The notes under the pieces are model-generated. The model saw only the letters and a list, made by a program, of their open reading frames with translations. It made no database searches and had not been told where the DNA came from. A DNA stretch of 64,000 nt from Hemiscyllium ocellatum (lineage: Eukaryota), in NCBI RefSeq assembly GCF_020745735.1, contig NW_026867509.1:620001-684000 (forward strand). The letters are read 5' to 3'. The translations under genes and the position numbers were made by a program. Within the stretch, counting starts at the first letter, position 1; each line of letters begins with the position of its first letter. Shown here in pieces: positions 60,418 to 64,000 of the stretch.

Positions 60418-63079
60418 CATTCTCCTGCTCCTCATCTTGTTGCCTGACCTTCTGAGCGTTTCCAACACCACACACGTTAATCATTCTTGACATAGTCAGC
60501 AGCTGTCATCTAACAGCTCAGTGCGCATTTGTTCACCAATTTCTGACATCTCTGGGGAAGCAGTAACTGAACCAAGAGCCAGGACATAAAATAAACTTTT
60601 CAGTAACTTTAGTCTCAGGGCTGGGCCAAGTCAAGAAGAATTGCTCATACCGTGCAGGCATCAGTGCTGAAGTTTCCTATCCTAATACTTAAGCAGAAAC
60701 ATTTGACCTCCCGTCAGCTAAAATAGACCTGTCGAAGGCCAGTTCAATTATACTGGCTTGTACTCATTGATGTGTTCAATATGTTGAGTTCCTCGTTTAA
60801 TATGAATGAAATTGGGACTGAGTGACACATCAGAAAGAAATGAACAGTAGATGTAAAATGATAAACTATGGGAACTGTTCTGTTCTAAGAAAATCACATG
60901 TTCATACACAGAAAAACTTAAACGCTCCTCAACCGTTTTAATTATAGGACACAACAGGCATTTTTGGGGAAGGATAGCTCGATTGCAAGAGATAACTGGT
61001 TTTTCTCTATTCAAATACTTCCAGATCTACTGAGCTTTAAAAACATTTTTTGTTATTATTTTTGGTTTCCAGCACCCACAGAACTTCTGGTTTTAACAAA
61101 TGATAGTTTACTGGATTTCAATTGACGTTATGTCCAACGGAAACAACTTCTGGGGTTGAGAGAGTACAGACTCGATTAACGGTCACTAAAGAAAAGAAGA
61201 AATCTTCATTTCAGTCAAGACTTCCAGCAGGAAATTTTAATGCTCATTGAAATCTGTGAGGAGATCCAGAAGAGAAACCGATTGAGAGTCAGGCAGAAAG
61301 ACGGAGAATGAGTCAGCAGGTATAAAGATGATGGAGGTACAGGGAAATGAACAGTAGGAATGGCATCAGTCAAGGTTTGGGAAAAGACAGGAAGATAAAC
61401 TACAATGGCATGGAGCGATTGAGATAACCACCCAGTAAGAGAAACAGATGCAGCAAAAGGGAACAATGGAGAATGAAAATGAAAAAGCGGAAACTCAACA
61501 GGGCGTGGGTGAATCCGTGGGGGAGGCAGAAAATGTCACAATAGGAAAAGTGAGAGAAACGTTGACTTAAATGTCAGCAAGGTTTGCAGGAAATTTTAGG
61601 ATGAAAGAATTAGGCTGAAGGAAACCAGAACTAAACTTCATTCACATTGCTGTTTCTTCATAGATTTGTTGCTGGTTTTTTTTTAAATCTGGCACATTTT
61701 CTTCTTGTGTGAAGTTTCCAAACGCAAATGATTTCCTGTTGAGAAATAGAATATATGTCCTAAATCGGACAGTTTCAGTCCAGTGAGAATTTGCTTCTAT
61801 CCAGAAAAGAAATGGTAGCAAGTACATTGGAAAACTGTCAGCAGAAGGCAGCTGCAAGGCATACACCATTTGGACTTGGAAATACATCGCCGTTCTTTCA
61901 GTGTCGCTCGATCTAAGTTCTGAACTCCATCCACATTGACAACACAATTGTACCTATTGCCAAGGAGTTCATGAGTCGAGGAAGTGGATCGTCGTCTCGA
62001 CACCAGGAGCAATTACAAAGAGACAATTAATCCAATCGCTATGAATTCAAGAATTCAGCTTTTTAAATTTGCAGTTCCAAATCAGAGATCTGCAATCAGC
62101 CAAGAGGAATTTCAGAGGCGGAGCAAGGAATTGAAACACAATGAAAGGCATTGATAACTGAGTGGCATGCAGCCGGATGTGACCTCATATCTGGTATTGA
62201 TAACCTCAATATAGGTGACAATGGGTCGGAGTTTATTTCCCATTGTTTACACTTGCTGAGAAATCACTCCTGATCAAATAACCACATTGACCCACTTCTG
62301 TTTTCAATTTTCACTCTTGGTGTATCAACGCGGTAAATGGGCCCCGAGAGGATGAAGACAACCATTTCATCTTGTTAGTTTAGCAGATTACAACATCACT
62401 TTTAAACAAATGTAAATGGGGATTGTATCTTTCACTGGAGACTGTTTAATTGTGAACTGCCTATATTTTTTTTCAAATGGCGAAGACAATTGAAATTCCC
62501 AGTCAACAACATTAAAGCAGGAAAAGAAAATCAATCTCCTATCCGGCCATGGCTTAGGTAATGGGTATGTTAAGGTGTTGAAAAACCCCACCCGTCGGCG
62601 CCGTGGCTCGGTTTGCACCTGAATATTAAGTCAGCAACCCTGGATGTACATCCCAGCCGTACCTGTCACTGAGTTAAAAAAATTCATACCTCAAACTTCC
62701 TTCTAATACAATGTTTTTGATCCAAACAAGGATCTGATGATGTGACACGAGGCAGAGTCTGACAAATGTTACAGAAGTATTGGTTGTAATATTTTCCAAA
62801 AATCGTTGAAGTTTGGAAAAGTAAATGCAAATTGCATAATGTCCAATGGGATACGTTTACTCAAACAGGCAGGGAGGCAAAAATAAATTAGTACAGGAGA
62901 ATTATGCTGACAGCCACTGTTCAAAATGTGTTACATTTAATTCTTAGGAAGTAAAGCAAGAAGCCTGGAACTTTATTTTTTAATAGATCAGGGTCACTTG
63001 ATTTCATGAAAGGGAAATCATACCTGACTAATTTGAGGACGTCTCAACCAGAATGGACAGAGGGGAAACAGCAGATGTG

Positions 63080-63910
63080 TCATAGAACATAGAACATAGA
63101 ACATAGAAGGATACAGCGCAGTACAGGCCCTTCGGCCCTCGATGTTGCGCCGACCGAATCCTACCTAACCTATACTAGCCCAATAACTTCCAAATGCCTA
63201 TCCAATGCCCGCTTAAATGACCATAAAGAAGGAGAGTTCACCACTGATACGGGCAGGGCATTCCATGAACTCACAACCCGCTGTGTGAAGAATCTACCCC
63301 TAACATCTGTCCTATACCTACCACCCCTTAATTTAAAGCTATGTCCCCTAGTAACACCTGACTCCATTAGCGGTAAAAGGTTCTTAGTATCTACCCTATC
63401 TAAACCCCTAATCATCTTATACACTTCTATCAGATCTCCCCTAAACCTTCTCTTCTCCAATGAGAATAGCCCCAAGTGCCTCAGCCTTTCCTCATAAGAT
63501 TTTCCTACCATTCCAGGCAACATCCTGGTAAACCTCCTCTGCACTCGTTCTAAAGCTTCCACATCCTTCCTATAGTATGGCGACCAAAACTGCACACAAT
63601 ACTCCAGATGAGGCCTCACCAGAGTCTTATACAACTGCAACATGACCTCAGGACTCCGGAACTCAATTCCTCTGCCAATAAAGCCCAGTACACCATATGC
63701 CTTCCTCACAGCACTATTTACCTGGGTGGCAACTTTCAGAGATCTGTGTACATAGACACCAAGATCCCTCTGCTCATCCACACTACCAAGTAGCCTACCA
63801 TTAGCCCAGTAATCCATCATCTTGTTATTCCTACCAAAGTGAACGACTTCGCACTTAGCTACATTGAATTCCATTTGCCACATTTCCGCCCAGCTCTGCA
63901 ACTTATCTAT
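63080..63910 (-). mobile_element. Young 5'-truncated CR1 with open RT C-terminal frame, inserted into an older plus-strand CR1 RT fragment (~62985-63080 and ~63920-64000)
   Basis: (CATAGAA)4 tail; 256-aa open frame (KLQSWAEMWQMEFNVAKC...RPHLEYCVQFWSPYYRKD...RVVSSWNALP); flanks read as a continuous plus-strand CR1 RT. Confidence 0.92.
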
Positions 63911-64000
63911 ATAAGTTGCATCTACATCTTGGATGTGCAAACTATGTTCAAAAAGGTAACCTCACAAAAGATTTAGTCATAAGGTTAGAACACCTGCGTC

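Overview
Repeat-rich vertebrate DNA, almost certainly a cartilaginous fish. It is probably an orectolobiform shark, inferred from HE1-type SINEs with (TCTAA)n tails, shark-type CR1 and Penelope elements, and a NAR-TCR-type V segment. There are three N gaps. Host genes: (i) three paralogous two-exon class-A GPCRs of the shark-expanded 'GPR139-like' family, one intact (17075-20295, 323 aa), one with a single frameshift (30852-33744) and one dead on the minus strand (~6680-7561); (ii) two T-cell-receptor V segments in opposite orientations, a leaderless supporting-TCRdelta-like V (12583-12892, -) and a leader-bearing Valpha/delta pseudogene (46580-47059, +), each with a 23-RSS; (iii) a decayed C2H2 zinc-finger exon. 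The rest is CR1 and other LINEs, a Penelope element, SINEs, a decayed Gmr1-order (PR-INT-RT-RH) Gypsy element with an extra LTR/gag, a solo LTR and several fold-back palindromes. The most striking observation is a tandem array of five ~60-bp units, each built on a 23-RSS, directly 3' of the supporting-Vdelta segment. One unit is a perfect-consensus RSS and another would extend CDR3 in frame by ~20 codons. The second is an ungapped GCATG-n7-TTAATT-n4-CTCTRGAGACTSTCA-TATA promoter module shared by two of the GPCRs, resembling the homeodomain + O/E architecture of olfactory receptor promoters. All repeat boundaries are approximate, read by eye.
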